Shown here piece by piece: positions 25,952 to 37,484 of a DNA stretch of 64,000 nucleotides. Made by a program: the position numbers and the translations under genes. Location of the stretch: assembly GCA_038318895.1 (NCBI GenBank), contig JBBQCS010000004.1, positions 8,728 through 72,727 on the forward strand, written 5' to 3'. The DNA is from Alphaproteobacteria bacterium (GTDB lineage Bacteria; Pseudomonadota; Alphaproteobacteria; UBA11222). The number at the start of each line of letters is the position of its first letter. Position 1 is the first letter of the stretch. The notes under the pieces are model-generated. The model did not search any database, was not told the DNA's origin, and saw nothing but the letters and a program-made list of their open reading frames with translations.

Positions 25952-27178
25952 GTGTATCAGTCTATTGGGGACAGTCAGATGTTGCGTGAAGTGGGTATGT
26001 CTAACAATGCTGGGAGCCTAGCGCTGGATGTTGCGCCGTTTCCCAAGGAATTGACCTGCTTACAAGTCTGCGAGTTTTTTTCCAGTAACCCCGACACATT
26101 GACCGTCGCGGTTGTTGATGGCGAACGGCCCATTGGCCTGGTGGACAGGGACACATTCCTGTTGCTGTTTTCCAAACAGTTTGGGCATGCCCTGTTTGAC
26201 AAAAAGCCGATTGCACAGGCCATGGACCCCTGTCCCCTGATTGTCGATAAGGCAATCAGGATTGAACTGGTCGGCGCCCTTATCCTGAACGAAAAGCCCA
26301 GCGCACTGTTGAAGGGCTTCATTATCACTGAAGATGAAAGGTATTTTGGCGTTGGAACCGCGCTTGGACTGCTGCGTCACAGTGTAAAGCGCGGCCGCGA
26401 ACGCGAAAACGAGATCGAAACGGCCCGGCGAGACGCCGTATTGGCCAATGAAACTAAAACCCAATTTCTCGCGAATATGAGCCATGAGTTGCGCACCCCC
26501 CTGAACGCCATTATCGGTTTTTCCGAAATCATGTGCGGCGAATTATTCGGACCGATGGAAAATGAATATTACAAAGGTTATGCCAAGGATATTTATTCCA
26601 GCGGCGAACAGTTGCTGGGGCTTGTCAATGACATGCTGGACGTTGCACAGATCGAGAGCGGCCAGATGAAGTTACGCGAACAGCATTGCGATATGCACGA
26701 ACTTATCAATATCTGTTTCACCCAACTTGGTTCAAAAATACAAGGCTCTGGCGTTGCTCTGATTGACCGAACGCCGTCCGCGCTGCCCGAAGTCTATGCA
26801 GATGATCGCAAATTGCGGCAGATATTGCTCAATCTATTGTCAAACGCCATCAAGTTCACCCCGCAAGGGGGAATGGTAAGCGTGCATGCCCGTATTACCC
26901 AAAAAGGGGAGCTGCGCATCATGGTCATGGATACGGGCATCGGCATAGAACAGAAAGATATTTCACGCGTCCTGCAAACGTTCGGTCAAGTCGAAAACGG
27001 TTATCAGCGAAAATTCGACGGCGTCGGGCTTGGCCTGCCTCTTACAAAATCACTGGTTGAACTGCACGGCGGAAAACTGTGGATCAAGAGTGCCGTCGGA
27101 AAGGGTACCGTTGTCTGTTTTACTTTGCCGCCGCAGCGCATAAGTTCCCCCGCCATGTTAGCTGCAGCGCGGGCATAG
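25952..27178 (+). CDS. Cytoplasmic sensor histidine kinase with N-terminal CBS-like pair
   Basis: FLANMSHELRTPLNAIIGFSE H-box (PleC/DivJ-like), NLLSNAIKFT, DTGIG, GVGLGL; N-terminal AVVDGERPIGLVDR resembles CBS; no TM. Confidence 0.88.
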   Translation: MYQSIGDSQMLREVGMSNNAGSLALDVAPFPKELTCLQVCEFFSSNPDTLTVAVVDGERPIGLVDRDTFLLLFSKQFGHALFDKKPIAQAMDPCPLIVDKAIRIELVGALILNEKPSALLKGFIITEDERYFGVGTALGLLRHSVKRGRERENEIETARRDAVLANETKTQFLANMSHELRTPLNAIIGFSEIMCGELFGPMENEYYKGYAKDIYSSGEQLLGLVNDMLDVAQIESGQMKLREQHCDMHELINICFTQLGSKIQGSGVALIDRTPSALPEVYADDRKLRQILLNLLSNAIKFTPQGGMVSVHARITQKGELRIMVMDTGIGIEQKDISRVLQTFGQVENGYQRKFDGVGLGLPLTKSLVELHGGKLWIKSAVGKGTVVCFTLPPQRISSPAMLAAARA

Positions 27179-27199
27179 AGCCTGCTTAGCGATAAATTA

Positions 27200-27568
<369 letters not shown>

Positions 27569-27600
27569 CCAGGTCAATATCGGGGGCAGTGCAGTCAGCG

Positions 27601-28308
27601 TCAAGCAGTTATCTGCGTGAGCAGGTCTTTCAGGATCGCCGCCGTCTCCGCATCCGCGATCCCATTTGCCCCTGCTGGGCGGAAATGCCGCTGGAATGCG
27701 GACACAACGGCACGGGTACCGGTTCCATAAATACCCGTTTGCGGAGTTTCGTAACCAAAACGGGCAAGGTTTTGTTGCAGATCTCGTATGTCCGTAGGCA
27801 GAGCGGCATTGACGGGAACCTGCGACGGCCACAGCCCAACCCCCTGCCCGGCCAGCCAGGCCCAGTCGAAGCGCTCGCCCGGATCACGCTTGCGCCCGGG
27901 CGCGACATCGGAATGCCCCAGCACCCGATGCGGCGGGATCGGGTGGCGCGCTAAAATCCCATGCGCCAATTCAGCGAGCGCCTGCATCTGCAACACCGGA
28001 AAATTCCGGTAACCTAATTCGTGCCCTGGATTAACGAGTTCAATCCCGATGGAACAGCTGTTAATATCGCGCACGCCCGCCCAACAGGAAACACCGGCAT
28101 GCCAGGCGCGGTATTCTTCCGCCACCAGCCGGTAGACTAGTCCTCTCTCATCAATCAGATAATGGCTGCTGACTTCAGCCGCCGGGTCACGTAGCCGCGC
28201 CAATGCATGTTCGCGCGAAATCATGCCCGTATAATGCAGCACCAGAATATCGACGGCGCGGGGCGCACGGTCATTATAGTTGGGCGAAGGGCGCTCTATG
28301 ATTTCCAT
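27601..28308 (-). CDS. N-acetylmuramoyl-L-alanine amidase (Amidase_2, AmpD/AmiD type) with C-terminal PG-binding domain
   Basis: LHYTGM, VSSHY, RAWHAG, SIGIE, GHSDVAPGRKRDPG, AFQRHFRP. Confidence 0.93.
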   Translation of the reverse strand: MEIIERPSPNYNDRAPRAVDILVLHYTGMISREHALARLRDPAAEVSSHYLIDERGLVYRLVAEEYRAWHAGVSCWAGVRDINSCSIGIELVNPGHELGYRNFPVLQMQALAELAHGILARHPIPPHRVLGHSDVAPGRKRDPGERFDWAWLAGQGVGLWPSQVPVNAALPTDIRDLQQNLARFGYETPQTGIYGTGTRAVVSAFQRHFRPAGANGIADAETAAILKDLLTQITA

Positions 28309-28310
28309 GT

Positions 28311-29180
28311 TTACGGCCCCGTATCCACCAAAACCTTTTCTCGGTTTGATACGATGGCAACCCCTATCAGGGTCAATATACCACCGATCACAATCCGCGC
28401 CGTAAGCGTATCGCCCATCAGGGTGACACCGAAAACCACCCCCCATACCGGCGCCAACAGAGTTAGCGGCGCGGTCTGTGTCACCTCATAGCGTTGCAAC
28501 AGATAATACATGCCCGTATGGCCGATCAGGCTGGCCCCAAGCGCCGTGTACAGAAGCCCTGCCCAGCCAATCCAGCTTGCCTGCTCCATGGCCGCCAGCT
28601 GCCCATCTTCCAGCAGCAGCGAAAGCGGCGCCAGCATCGGCCAACTAAGCAGCGCCACCCAGGCCTGCAGCTCAAACATACCAACACCTTCAAGGCGGCG
28701 CATATAAATCATCGACACCGACCCGACCAGCGCCGCCAGGGTTACCAGAAGCAGCGCATCCAGATACTGAAACACCACCGGATCAAAGCCAATAACCATC
28801 ACGCCTGCAAATGACATGGAAATCCCGGCCCAGCGTTTCCAGTGCACCTTCTCTTTCAGAAACAAGATCGACATAAGCGTTGCGAATGGCACCCCCAACT
28901 GGCCGGCAATGGCGATAGTTGAAATATGCTCGGCCGCAGCAAGCCCCATATAAAAGATGGCGAAATGCACCCCACCCATGGTTGTCGAGATAATCAATAT
29001 GGAACGCATCTGCCCGCGGTGCAGTTTCAACCACGGCAACAGAATAACACTGAGCAGCAAAAACCGGAGGCCCGTAAACAGGATTGGCGGCAGCTCATTT
29101 ACGCCCGCCTTTCCGGCGACGTAATTGAACCCCCACACCAGTGTAATAAACAGGATAAGGGCGAGGTGTGGAGGAGACAT
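28311..29180 (-). CDS. DMT/EamA family transporter
   Basis: Ten TM helices, VWGFNY, two EamA repeats. Confidence 0.9.
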   Translation of the reverse strand: MSPPHLALILFITLVWGFNYVAGKAGVNELPPILFTGLRFLLLSVILLPWLKLHRGQMRSILIISTTMGGVHFAIFYMGLAAAEHISTIAIAGQLGVPFATLMSILFLKEKVHWKRWAGISMSFAGVMVIGFDPVVFQYLDALLLVTLAALVGSVSMIYMRRLEGVGMFELQAWVALLSWPMLAPLSLLLEDGQLAAMEQASWIGWAGLLYTALGASLIGHTGMYYLLQRYEVTQTAPLTLLAPVWGVVFGVTLMGDTLTARIVIGGILTLIGVAIVSNREKVLVDTGP

Positions 29181-29188
29181 GCGGTGTT

Positions 29189-29932
29189 TTAGTTCATGCC
29201 CCGTTGTTTGGCAACTTTGTCATAGGCGTCGTTAATGGTGGCGATTTTCGCGTTGGCCACCATCACAAATTCCTCCGGCACGCCCTGGGCGATCAGCAGG
29301 TCCGGATGATTTTCCCGCACCAGACGCCGGTAAGACTGTTTGAGAACGGCATCCGTAACATCATGCGAAACGCCCAATATCACATAGGGATCGGCAATGT
29401 CCGGCCCCACATGCCCGGCCCGAATGCGCGTCCAATCCGCATCGTCAAAACCAAAGATTCCGGCCACTGAATGCAGAAATTCTTCTTCTCTTGGATGAAA
29501 GACATTATCTGCCTTGGCGATGAAAAACAGCCCGTCCAGCAGATCTTCAAGTACGCGTGGCTTGGTCCGGAACATTCCCGCAATCTGGCGGGCATATTGC
29601 TCATAACCTGCGACATCCTGGCGCGCCAGATCGAAAATACGCGCCACATTAGCGAGTTCATCCGGCGGAACATCGAAAACCTGCTTGAAAGCATCCACCT
29701 CTTCGCGCGAAACATATCCGTCCGCCTTGGCCATTTTGGCGCCTAACGCGATTACCCCGATCGTGAACGCAATCCGGTTGGTGTCGCCACGCGAATCAAA
29801 CGGGTTGGCCGATCCGGATTTTTCGTCACGGTCCACCGCAAAATGGCCAGCCACCGCACCCAGCAAAGCCCCAAGGGGTCCCCCCAGAGCCAGCCCCGCT
29901 GCGGCACCAAAAAATTTTCCCCATCTAGACAT
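29189..29932 (-). CDS. djlA: TerB/DnaJ co-chaperone, DjlA-like
   Basis: Gly-rich N-terminal TM, KMAKADG TerB-like domain, J domain DPYVILG...HPD. Confidence 0.88.
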   Translation of the reverse strand: MSRWGKFFGAAAGLALGGPLGALLGAVAGHFAVDRDEKSGSANPFDSRGDTNRIAFTIGVIALGAKMAKADGYVSREEVDAFKQVFDVPPDELANVARIFDLARQDVAGYEQYARQIAGMFRTKPRVLEDLLDGLFFIAKADNVFHPREEEFLHSVAGIFGFDDADWTRIRAGHVGPDIADPYVILGVSHDVTDAVLKQSYRRLVRENHPDLLIAQGVPEEFVMVANAKIATINDAYDKVAKQRGMN

Positions 29933-30029
29933 TGCGACACCTTTCTGCACCCGCAGTATGGCCAATTTATTATTGCTGCAACATCTTTTGTTTTAACGTG
30001 CCCATACACTTATTTCCCGGTCCACGGGA

Positions 30030-30407
30030 TCACGCATGCGCCGTTAACAACCTATCCAGTTTTTCCGCAAACTCAGCACGCTGCAGTTCGGTGAGATCAA
30101 ATTCTACCGCTATGGCTTTCGGCAGGCGGCGCACGACACACGCACGTACAAGCCCAAATCCGCTCACTTCGACATCTATTTTGGCGCCATCGCGCGGCAC
30201 AATGGAACAACGTAACTGAGCGCCGCCCGCGGAAATATCCAGAAGCTCCGCTGAAAACGTCTCGCCGTTAATCTTCAGATTAACGTGCAAGGCAACCAGG
30301 CCACGCTTGAATTCGCGGCGTTCCGCGACGCTCAAGCGCACATGACGGGCAGCATCCCTGCGAAGGGCGCGCGCGCCGAAATCACTGCTCTGCCACGCAG
30401 CACTCAT
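30030..30407 (-). CDS. Single-domain PilZ protein
   Basis: RREFKR (RxxxR) and DISAGG (DxSxxG) c-di-GMP motifs; start uncertain. Confidence 0.8.
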   Translation of the reverse strand: MSAAWQSSDFGARALRRDAARHVRLSVAERREFKRGLVALHVNLKINGETFSAELLDISAGGAQLRCSIVPRDGAKIDVEVSGFGLVRACVVRRLPKAIAVEFDLTELQRAEFAEKLDRLLTAHA

Positions 30408-30614
30408 TTTTCTGTTCTCCCCAGTCAATCCCGGACCAACGCTAACGGCCCAGATATTAAGAAATTGTTTAGAACGCGATCCGGGAGATTCTTGCATGAC
30501 AAGAGTGACAAAAATGCGGCGCGATTATGGTAAAAAAATATTTAACTCTCTGTCAGCACGTCCGCGGGTTGTCCAGCGGACCCGATGTCGCCACGCACTC
30601 GCCTCCGCAATATT

Positions 30615-33287
30615 TTACGCCGCCACCTCTTTACCCGCAGCCGGCGTGTAGTTGAGATTGGACGCCAGCCAGCGCTCCACCTCGCGCACCGTCATCACTT
30701 TCCGCACGGCATAATCTTCGACCTGGTCCTGATCGATCCGCCCAACGCCAAAATAGCGGCTCTCAGGATGGCTGAAATAATAACCGCTGACAGATGCTGC
30801 GGGCATCATGGCGAAATTCTCGGTCAGGTTTATACCGGCATTCGCCTCGGCCTTCAGCAGATCAAACAAAGTGCGCTTTTCGGTATGATCCGGACAGGCG
30901 GGATAACCGGGCGCAGGCCGGATGCCGCGATAGGCCTCGGCGATCAGCGCGGCGTTATCAAGCGCTTCATCGGGCGCATATCCCCAATAGGTTTTGCGCA
31001 CCTGGGCGTGCAGATGTTCGGCGAAGGCTTCCGCGAAACGGTCTGCGAGCGCCTTGACCATGATGGAGGAATAATCATCATGGGCCGCCTGAAAGTCGGC
31101 CGCGATTTTCTCCACTCCATGACCTGCGGTCACGGCGAAGCCGCCAAAATAATCGGCAACCCCGGTTTCTTTTGGCGCGATAAAATCAGCCAGGCAAAAG
31201 TTTTCCTTGCCCTCGCCGCGATGCATCTGCTGGCGCAGGCCGTGGATAATCCCCAGGCGTTCCCGGCGCGTATCGTCCGTAAACAGCTCTATGTCATCGC
31301 CTATGGAATTGGCTGGCCAGAATCCAATGACAGCACGCGGCTGAATCCAGCGTTCCGCCACAATACGTTTCAGCATGGCTTGTGCGTCCGAAAACAGATT
31401 CCGCGCCGCCTCACCTACTTTGGCGTCCTCCAGTATTGCCGGATAATTTCCCGCCAGTTCCCAGGACTGAAAAAATGGCGACCAGTCAAAACATTCCACC
31501 AGTTCTGAAAGGTCATAATCCTCAAAAGCCTTCAGCCCCAGAAAGGACGGAGCCGGCGGCACATAGCCCTGCCACTTCGCCGCATGACGGTTCGCCCGCG
31601 CCTCCGCCAGTGTCGCGCGTCGTCCCTCACGCCCCTTGCCGCGCGCGTGACGGGCGGCGATCTCAGTATATTCCGCGCGCACGGTGGCGATATTGGCGTC
31701 GCGGTTATCTTCACTGAGCAAATCGCTGACCACCGACACCGCACGGGAGGCGTCGAGCACATAGACCGCCTGTCCCTGATGATAATTCGGCGCGATCTTC
31801 ACAGCGGTATGAATTTTACTGGTGGTCGCGCCACCGATCAGCAGCGGGATACTAAATCCCTGGCGTTCCATTTCGGCTGCGACAGTGCACATTTCATCCA
31901 GGCTGGGGGTAATCAGCCCCGACAGGCCAATAATGTCAGCCTTTTCCTTGCGCGCAGCGTCCAGGATACGGTCTACCGGCACCATCACCCCAAGATCAAC
32001 CACATCATAATTGTTACATTGCAGCACAACGCCGACAATATTCTTGCCGATATCATGCACGTCGCCCTTCACTGTGGCCATGATGATCTTGCCATTTACC
32101 TTTGCCGCCTCGCCGGAATCCACCCGCTCCTGCTCCATGAACGGCAGCAGATAAGCCACCGCCTGTTTCATCACCCGCGCACTTTTCACCACCTGGGGCA
32201 AAAACATTTTGCCGCCACCAAACAGATCGCCAACCACATTCATGCCGCGCATCAGCGGGCCTTCGATCACCTCCAAAGACTTGGCGGCCTTTTGACGCGC
32301 GGCCTCCGTGTCCTCAATAATAAATTCCGTGATGCCTTTTACCAGCGCATGCTCAAGGCGTTGTTCAACGTCCGCTTCGCGCCAGGAGAGATCAGGGCCC
32401 TCCTGGCGCGCCCCGCCGCCCTTACGATAATTATCGGCGATTTCAAGCATACGTTCCGTTGCGTCCGGGCGGCGGTTGAGGATTACGTCCTCAACCCGCT
32501 CTAACAGCTCTTTGGGAATGTCCTCATAGACCATCAGCTGACCGGCATTGACGATGCCCATGTCCAGGCCTGCGCGAACCGCATGATACAAAAACACGGC
32601 ATGCATCGCCTCGCGCACCGGATTGTTGCCGCGAAACGAAAACGACACATTCGAAACCCCGCCGGACGTCCGGCAAAAGGGAAGTTCCGCCTTGATGCGC
32701 CGGACAGCATCGAAAAATTCAACCGCGTAATTATTATGTTCTTCGATCCCGGTTGCCACCGCAAAAATATTGGGGTCAAAGATGATATCTTCAGGCGGAA
32801 AGTTTATTTTCTCCGTCAGAAGTTTATAGGAGCGCGCGCAAATTTCGAATTTGCGGTCCGCTGTGTCGGCCTGTCCCTGTTCGTCGAACGCCATCACCAC
32901 AACGGCGGCGCCATAGCGGCGCACAAGTTTGGCCTGCTGTAAAAATGCTTCTTCGCCTTCCTTCATGCTGATGGAATTGACGATGGCCTTGCCCTGCACG
33001 CATTTCAGGCCGGCCTCAATGATCTGCCATTTCGAGGAATCTATCATCACCGGAACACGGCTGATATCCGGCTCGGATGCGATCAGATTGAGAAACCGCA
33101 CCATGGCGGCCTGGCTGTCGAGCAGACCTTCATCCATGTTCACGTCGATGATCTGCGCGCCGTTTTCCACCTGTTGACGCGCAACGGCAAGCGCCGCCTC
33201 ATAGTCACCATTCAGGATCAGTTTTTTAAAAACCGCCGACCCGGTGACATTGGTGCGCTCACCTATATTTACAAATGTTGAAATCAT
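30615..33287 (-). CDS. metH: B12-dependent methionine synthase, pterin/cobalamin/reactivation part
   Basis: [16 protein letters not shown] cobalamin motif, [12 protein letters not shown]. Confidence 0.97.
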   Translation of the reverse strand: MISTFVNIGERTNVTGSAVFKKLILNGDYEAALAVARQQVENGAQIIDVNMDEGLLDSQAAMVRFLNLIASEPDISRVPVMIDSSKWQIIEAGLKCVQGKAIVNSISMKEGEEAFLQQAKLVRRYGAAVVVMAFDEQGQADTADRKFEICARSYKLLTEKINFPPEDIIFDPNIFAVATGIEEHNNYAVEFFDAVRRIKAELPFCRTSGGVSNVSFSFRGNNPVREAMHAVFLYHAVRAGLDMGIVNAGQLMVYEDIPKELLERVEDVILNRRPDATERMLEIADNYRKGGGARQEGPDLSWREADVEQRLEHALVKGITEFIIEDTEAARQKAAKSLEVIEGPLMRGMNVVGDLFGGGKMFLPQVVKSARVMKQAVAYLLPFMEQERVDSGEAAKVNGKIIMATVKGDVHDIGKNIVGVVLQCNNYDVVDLGVMVPVDRILDAARKEKADIIGLSGLITPSLDEMCTVAAEMERQGFSIPLLIGGATTSKIHTAVKIAPNYHQGQAVYVLDASRAVSVVSDLLSEDNRDANIATVRAEYTEIAARHARGKGREGRRATLAEARANRHAAKWQGYVPPAPSFLGLKAFEDYDLSELVECFDWSPFFQSWELAGNYPAILEDAKVGEAARNLFSDAQAMLKRIVAERWIQPRAVIGFWPANSIGDDIELFTDDTRRERLGIIHGLRQQMHRGEGKENFCLADFIAPKETGVADYFGGFAVTAGHGVEKIAADFQAAHDDYSSIMVKALADRFAEAFAEHLHAQVRKTYWGYAPDEALDNAALIAEAYRGIRPAPGYPACPDHTEKRTLFDLLKAEANAGINLTENFAMMPAASVSGYYFSHPESRYFGVGRIDQDQVEDYAVRKVMTVREVERWLASNLNYTPAAGKEVAA

Positions 33288-34384
33288 TCAGCGAACTCTT
33301 CCTGCTTTTCCGATGCGGCCGGAAAAATGAATGGCTCCAGCCCCGACAGACGCATGGTCTTTGGACGCACTGGAATTTTACGTGGTGGCACACCTGCCAC
33401 GGCCTGCGCAATGGCGCGAATATGCGCGGGCGTCGTGCCACAGCAGCCGCCCGCCAGATTAATCAGGCCCGAACGCGCCCATTCCCCCACATGCGCCGCC
33501 GTTGTTTCCGGCGTTTCATCGTAACCGCCAAAACCGTTGGGCAGGCCCGCATTGGGATAGGCGCTGACGCCAGTTTCGGCCACCCGCGACAGTTCCGCGA
33601 TATGTGGGCGCATCTGTTCCGCACCCAGCGCGCAATTCAAACCGACGGCAAAGGGCTGCGCATGTCGCACCGAATACCAGAACGCCTCGGGCGTCTGCCC
33701 GGTCAGCGTGCGCCCGGACAAATCCGTAATAGTGCCGGAAATCATGACCGGCAGGCGAACGCCCTTGGCGTCGAAGGTTTCCTCAACCGCAAAAATCGCC
33801 GCCTTGCAATTCAACGTATCAAAGACAGTTTCAATCAGGATGAAATCCGCGCCGCCGTCCATTAACGCCGCGGTGGCCTGTCCATAGGCCGCGCGCAATT
33901 CATCAAAGTGAATATTGCGAAACCCCGGATCATTCACGTCCGGCGAAATGCTGGCTGTGCGATTGGTGGGACCAAGGGCGCCCGCAACCCAGCGCATTTT
34001 GTCCGGGGTCCGGGCGGTGAATTCGTCCGCAACCCGGCGCGCCAGCCGCGCACTTTCATAATTCAGTTCTGTAACAATATCCGTCAGCGCATAGTCGGCC
34101 TGCGCCACCACTGTCCCGCTAAAGGTGTTGGTCAGTAAAATATCCGCGCCCGCATCCAGATATTGCGCATGAATACCACCGATAATGTCGGGCTGGGTAA
34201 GGGTCAGCAGATCACCATTGCCGCGCAAATCATGATTGTGCCCCGCAAAGCGCGATCCACGAAAATCCGCTTCGGTCAGCGAATGGGTCTGGATCATCGT
34301 ACCCATACCCCCATCGATCACCAAAATCCGTTCACTGAGGGATTTTTTTAGAGTCTCAATCCGGATATTTCTCTCCGCAGTCAT
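33284..34384 (-). CDS. metH: Methionine synthase homocysteine-binding subunit (split MetH N-part)
   Basis: DGGMGT, GLNCALG, PNAGLP, GGCCGT zinc ligands. Confidence 0.95.
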   Translation of the reverse strand: MTAERNIRIETLKKSLSERILVIDGGMGTMIQTHSLTEADFRGSRFAGHNHDLRGNGDLLTLTQPDIIGGIHAQYLDAGADILLTNTFSGTVVAQADYALTDIVTELNYESARLARRVADEFTARTPDKMRWVAGALGPTNRTASISPDVNDPGFRNIHFDELRAAYGQATAALMDGGADFILIETVFDTLNCKAAIFAVEETFDAKGVRLPVMISGTITDLSGRTLTGQTPEAFWYSVRHAQPFAVGLNCALGAEQMRPHIAELSRVAETGVSAYPNAGLPNGFGGYDETPETTAAHVGEWARSGLINLAGGCCGTTPAHIRAIAQAVAGVPPRKIPVRPKTMRLSGLEPFIFPAASEKQEEFAE

Positions 34385-35316
34385 ATGGACTTGCTCCCTT
34401 CAACCGGCATCGCGCGCAAACCAAGAATATGGCATAGTGCATAAGTGAGATCGGCGCGGTTTAACGTATAAAAATGAAAATCGTCAACACCATGGGTGCG
34501 TAGCCGCACACATTGCTCGGCGGCCGCGACAACCGCCACCAGCTTGCGGGTTTCAACTTCGTTCTCCAGCCCCTCAAACAGCTTTGCGAACCAGTCCGGC
34601 ACGCGGGCCCCATTCATTTCCGCCATACGCCGGGCGCCGTTAAAATTCGTCACCGGCATGATGCCGGGAACAAGGGGAAGGGAAATTCCCGCCGCGGCGG
34701 CGCGGTCGCGAAACCGTAAAAAACAATCCGTATCAAAGAAGAATTGCGAGATTGCGCGCGTCGCGCCGGCATCAATCTTGCGCTTCAAATTATCCATATC
34801 CGTAATCAAATCGGGTGAATCCACGTGCCCCTCCGGATAGGCGGCGACGCTGATTTCGAAATCGCCGATCTTTCGAATGCCCGCTACCAGGTCCGATGCA
34901 TAAGCATACCCGCCCGGATGCGGAACATATTTACTCTGCCCCTCCGCCGGATCGCCGCGCAACGCCACAATGTGCCGTATGCCCGCATTCCAATAATCGC
35001 GTACCACTTCGTCCACTTCGTCACGGGTCGCGCCGACACAGGTCAGGTGCGCCGCAGGAGTCAGCGCGGTTTCATCCCGAATACGCTTTACCGTTTCATG
35101 GGTACGCTGGCGTGTGCTCCCCCCTGCGCCATAGGTCACAGAAACAAATGCCGGCTGAAACGGTGCAAGGCGGTTGATTGAACGCCACATAGTTTCTTCC
35201 ATCTCGGGCGTCTTTGGCGGAAAGAATTCAAACGACACCTTGATCGGGCCCGTCTGCAATGAGGGTTCCCCACCAAGAATCAGCGAAGCTGCCGGTTTTT
35301 CACTTTGCGATGTCAT
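34381..35316 (-). CDS. metF: 5,10-methylenetetrahydrofolate reductase
   Basis: [27 protein letters not shown]; ATGA overlap with upstream gene. Confidence 0.97.
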   Translation of the reverse strand: MTSQSEKPAASLILGGEPSLQTGPIKVSFEFFPPKTPEMEETMWRSINRLAPFQPAFVSVTYGAGGSTRQRTHETVKRIRDETALTPAAHLTCVGATRDEVDEVVRDYWNAGIRHIVALRGDPAEGQSKYVPHPGGYAYASDLVAGIRKIGDFEISVAAYPEGHVDSPDLITDMDNLKRKIDAGATRAISQFFFDTDCFLRFRDRAAAAGISLPLVPGIMPVTNFNGARRMAEMNGARVPDWFAKLFEGLENEVETRKLVAVVAAAEQCVRLRTHGVDDFHFYTLNRADLTYALCHILGLRAMPVEGSKSI

Positions 35317-36317
35317 AGATGATTTTCTCCGGTCTCCGCTATGCCGCTTCGCGCTGGCCATGCGCGTCCAATATGCTGTGCCAGCCAGATTGAGACAGTC
35401 AGCCCTTGCGGTGATTCGGGCGGCAGATGCCGCACCTCCACCATGGAAAGTCCCGCCGCGGCGCACCATGCGCCCACTTCTTTCTCCGAAAACCCCAAAC
35501 GGCGGTGAGCATGGCTATCGCGCAACTCTTCGATCCCATGCGGCGCGAAATCAACAATCAGTATACGCCCATTTGGCTGCAAAACGCGCGCGGCCTCACG
35601 CAGCGCCGCCCCAGGGTTATCGAGATAGTGCAATACTTGGTGCACTGTCACAAGATCAACAGACTTGTCCGGCAGTGGAAGATTTTGCACTTCCGCCTGG
35701 CGGACATGGAAGTTACTCAGCGCCGCAGCCTCCAGATTGGCGCGGGCAATCGCCAGCATTTCACGATTAAAGTCTATTCCTGTCGCCTTTTCCGCCAGCC
35801 CCGCCAGCAGCAGCAGGATACGTCCGGTTCCCGTGCCCAGATCAAGGGCGTGCGCCACCGGGCGCTGTCCCAGCATTTCTGTCGCGGCCGCTTCCACCGC
35901 CGCTTCGGACACATGCAGTGAACGTATCTTGTCCCATTGCGCAGCATTCTTTGAAAAATATTCCGCCGCCAGCCGTGTGCGTTCCTGGCGCGCTTCATTT
36001 AGACGCGAATTATCCAGCTGCAGCATAGCATCATCCCTGGGTAGCAGTTTCGTAATGGCGCAGGCCAGGCTTCCCAACGCACCGCCGTCCACCAGCCGGT
36101 AAAACACAGAAGTACCTTCCGGCAGCCGTATGACCAGACCTGCATCACACAGTAATTTCAGGTGGCGGCTGACCCGCGGCTGGCTCTGACCCAAAATTCT
36201 GATCAGTTCCGACACACTCAGTTCCCCCTGCGCCAGCAGCGCGAGAATACGCAAACGTGTTGGCTCCCCCGAGGCCCGCAATCCTGCCAGTAACAAATCC
36301 ACTACCTGATGCTCCAT
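35313..36317 (-). CDS. sahR: ArsR-HTH plus SAM-methyltransferase-fold regulator (SahR type)
   Basis: QSQPRVSRHL HTH, LDLGTGTG, HAHRRLGF; heads the metF-metH operon. Confidence 0.88.
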   Translation of the reverse strand: MEHQVVDLLLAGLRASGEPTRLRILALLAQGELSVSELIRILGQSQPRVSRHLKLLCDAGLVIRLPEGTSVFYRLVDGGALGSLACAITKLLPRDDAMLQLDNSRLNEARQERTRLAAEYFSKNAAQWDKIRSLHVSEAAVEAAATEMLGQRPVAHALDLGTGTGRILLLLAGLAEKATGIDFNREMLAIARANLEAAALSNFHVRQAEVQNLPLPDKSVDLVTVHQVLHYLDNPGAALREAARVLQPNGRILIVDFAPHGIEELRDSHAHRRLGFSEKEVGAWCAAAGLSMVEVRHLPPESPQGLTVSIWLAQHIGRAWPARSGIAETGENHL

Positions 36318-36339
36318 CCGCCAATGCAATACGGCAAAC

Positions 36340-36355
36340 ATAAAGATATATTTAT
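36340..36355. promoter_or_regulatory. Putative SahR operator
   Basis: Imperfect palindrome ATAAAGATATATTTAT just upstream of sahR. Confidence 0.65.
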
Positions 36356-36679
36356 ATATAAATCAAGTGAAAAATTGTCAGCCATTCTTTGAACGATGTG
36401 AACGCTGTCCCATTTCCAGCGTGCCGGAGGTTACGAGATTATGGAATATGCTCAAATTGTTGTTATAATATCGCAACGATTCTGGTTTTGAGGAAGTTAA
36501 CTACCTAACTTCTGCTAGTTAGCCACGTGCCGCCTCAGTTTTTTTGCACCACTCAATAAGGACTCGCTAAGGCTTCTCGGTTAACATAGATACATGCAGA
36601 TTATCGGGTCATTCGCCGTACAGAAAAGGTAAGCAGCTGCGCACTGTATGCGACGGATATTGGGTGAGGAATTGGTTAC

Positions 36680-37471
36680 GTGATTGATCTAAAATTGACT
36701 ATGCGCGGTGGAACTTTCTCCGCGGCGGCCGCACTTGCGGTTGGTGTTTTGTTTTCTTTGCCGTCTGTGGCGCAGGAAACTGCAACGCCTGAAAGCGGCT
36801 ATACAGATGTCAACGACCCGTTTGAGCCGATGAACAGGGCGATTTTTTCGTTTAACCTGGGTTTCGATAAAATCATTCTGCGTCCTACCGCTCTCGCCTA
36901 CCGGGCAGTTCTGCCTGCACCGGCGCGAGAATCGGCAACAAATTTTCTGGACAATCTGGAAAGCCCGGTAATTTTTCTGAACGATTTGCTGCAGGCGAAA
37001 CCTCGCCGTGCAGCTAATACGCTGGCGCGTTTTAGCATCAACACCGTCATAGGTTTTTTTGGTTTTTTTGATCCCGCCGAAGACATGGGGCTTGCGCGCC
37101 ATGACGAAGACTTTGCCCAAACCCTGGGCGCCTGGGGTGTAAGTCCCGGACCTTATTTGGTGCTGCCGCTGCTTGGCCCGCTTCCGCCTCGCGATACAAT
37201 TGGCTTTGTCGCCGATATTTTCACGGACCCGATGACCTATATATTAAGGGAACACAGAACAGCCAATCTGGCCCTGTACGGCGTTGATCTAGTGAACGAG
37301 CGTGAGCAAGTGATTGAAGAGTTCGATGAACTGGAAAAAACGTCGGTTGATTATTATGCTGCGATCCGTAGTCTGTACCGTCAGCGAATGAATGACCTAA
37401 TTCGCGACGGCGAGCCGGATATGGATAATCTGCCAAGTTTTGATGATGACGAAATTAGCGATACACCCTAA
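36680..37471 (+). CDS. mlaA: MlaA/VacJ family protein
   Basis: DPFEPMNR, EDFAQTLG, GPYLVLPLLGP...RD. Confidence 0.92.
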   Translation: MIDLKLTMRGGTFSAAAALAVGVLFSLPSVAQETATPESGYTDVNDPFEPMNRAIFSFNLGFDKIILRPTALAYRAVLPAPARESATNFLDNLESPVIFLNDLLQAKPRRAANTLARFSINTVIGFFGFFDPAEDMGLARHDEDFAQTLGAWGVSPGPYLVLPLLGPLPPRDTIGFVADIFTDPMTYILREHRTANLALYGVDLVNEREQVIEEFDELEKTSVDYYAAIRSLYRQRMNDLIRDGEPDMDNLPSFDDDEISDTP

Positions 37472-37484
37472 CGGATTTTATTAC

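Noticed and set aside
30457-30471. Near-CtrA box TTAA-N7-TTTA upstream of the PilZ gene
   Set aside because: Single imperfect match; too weak to call.
30585-32504. Two ~307-aa + strand ORFs
   Set aside because: Antisense shadows of metH.
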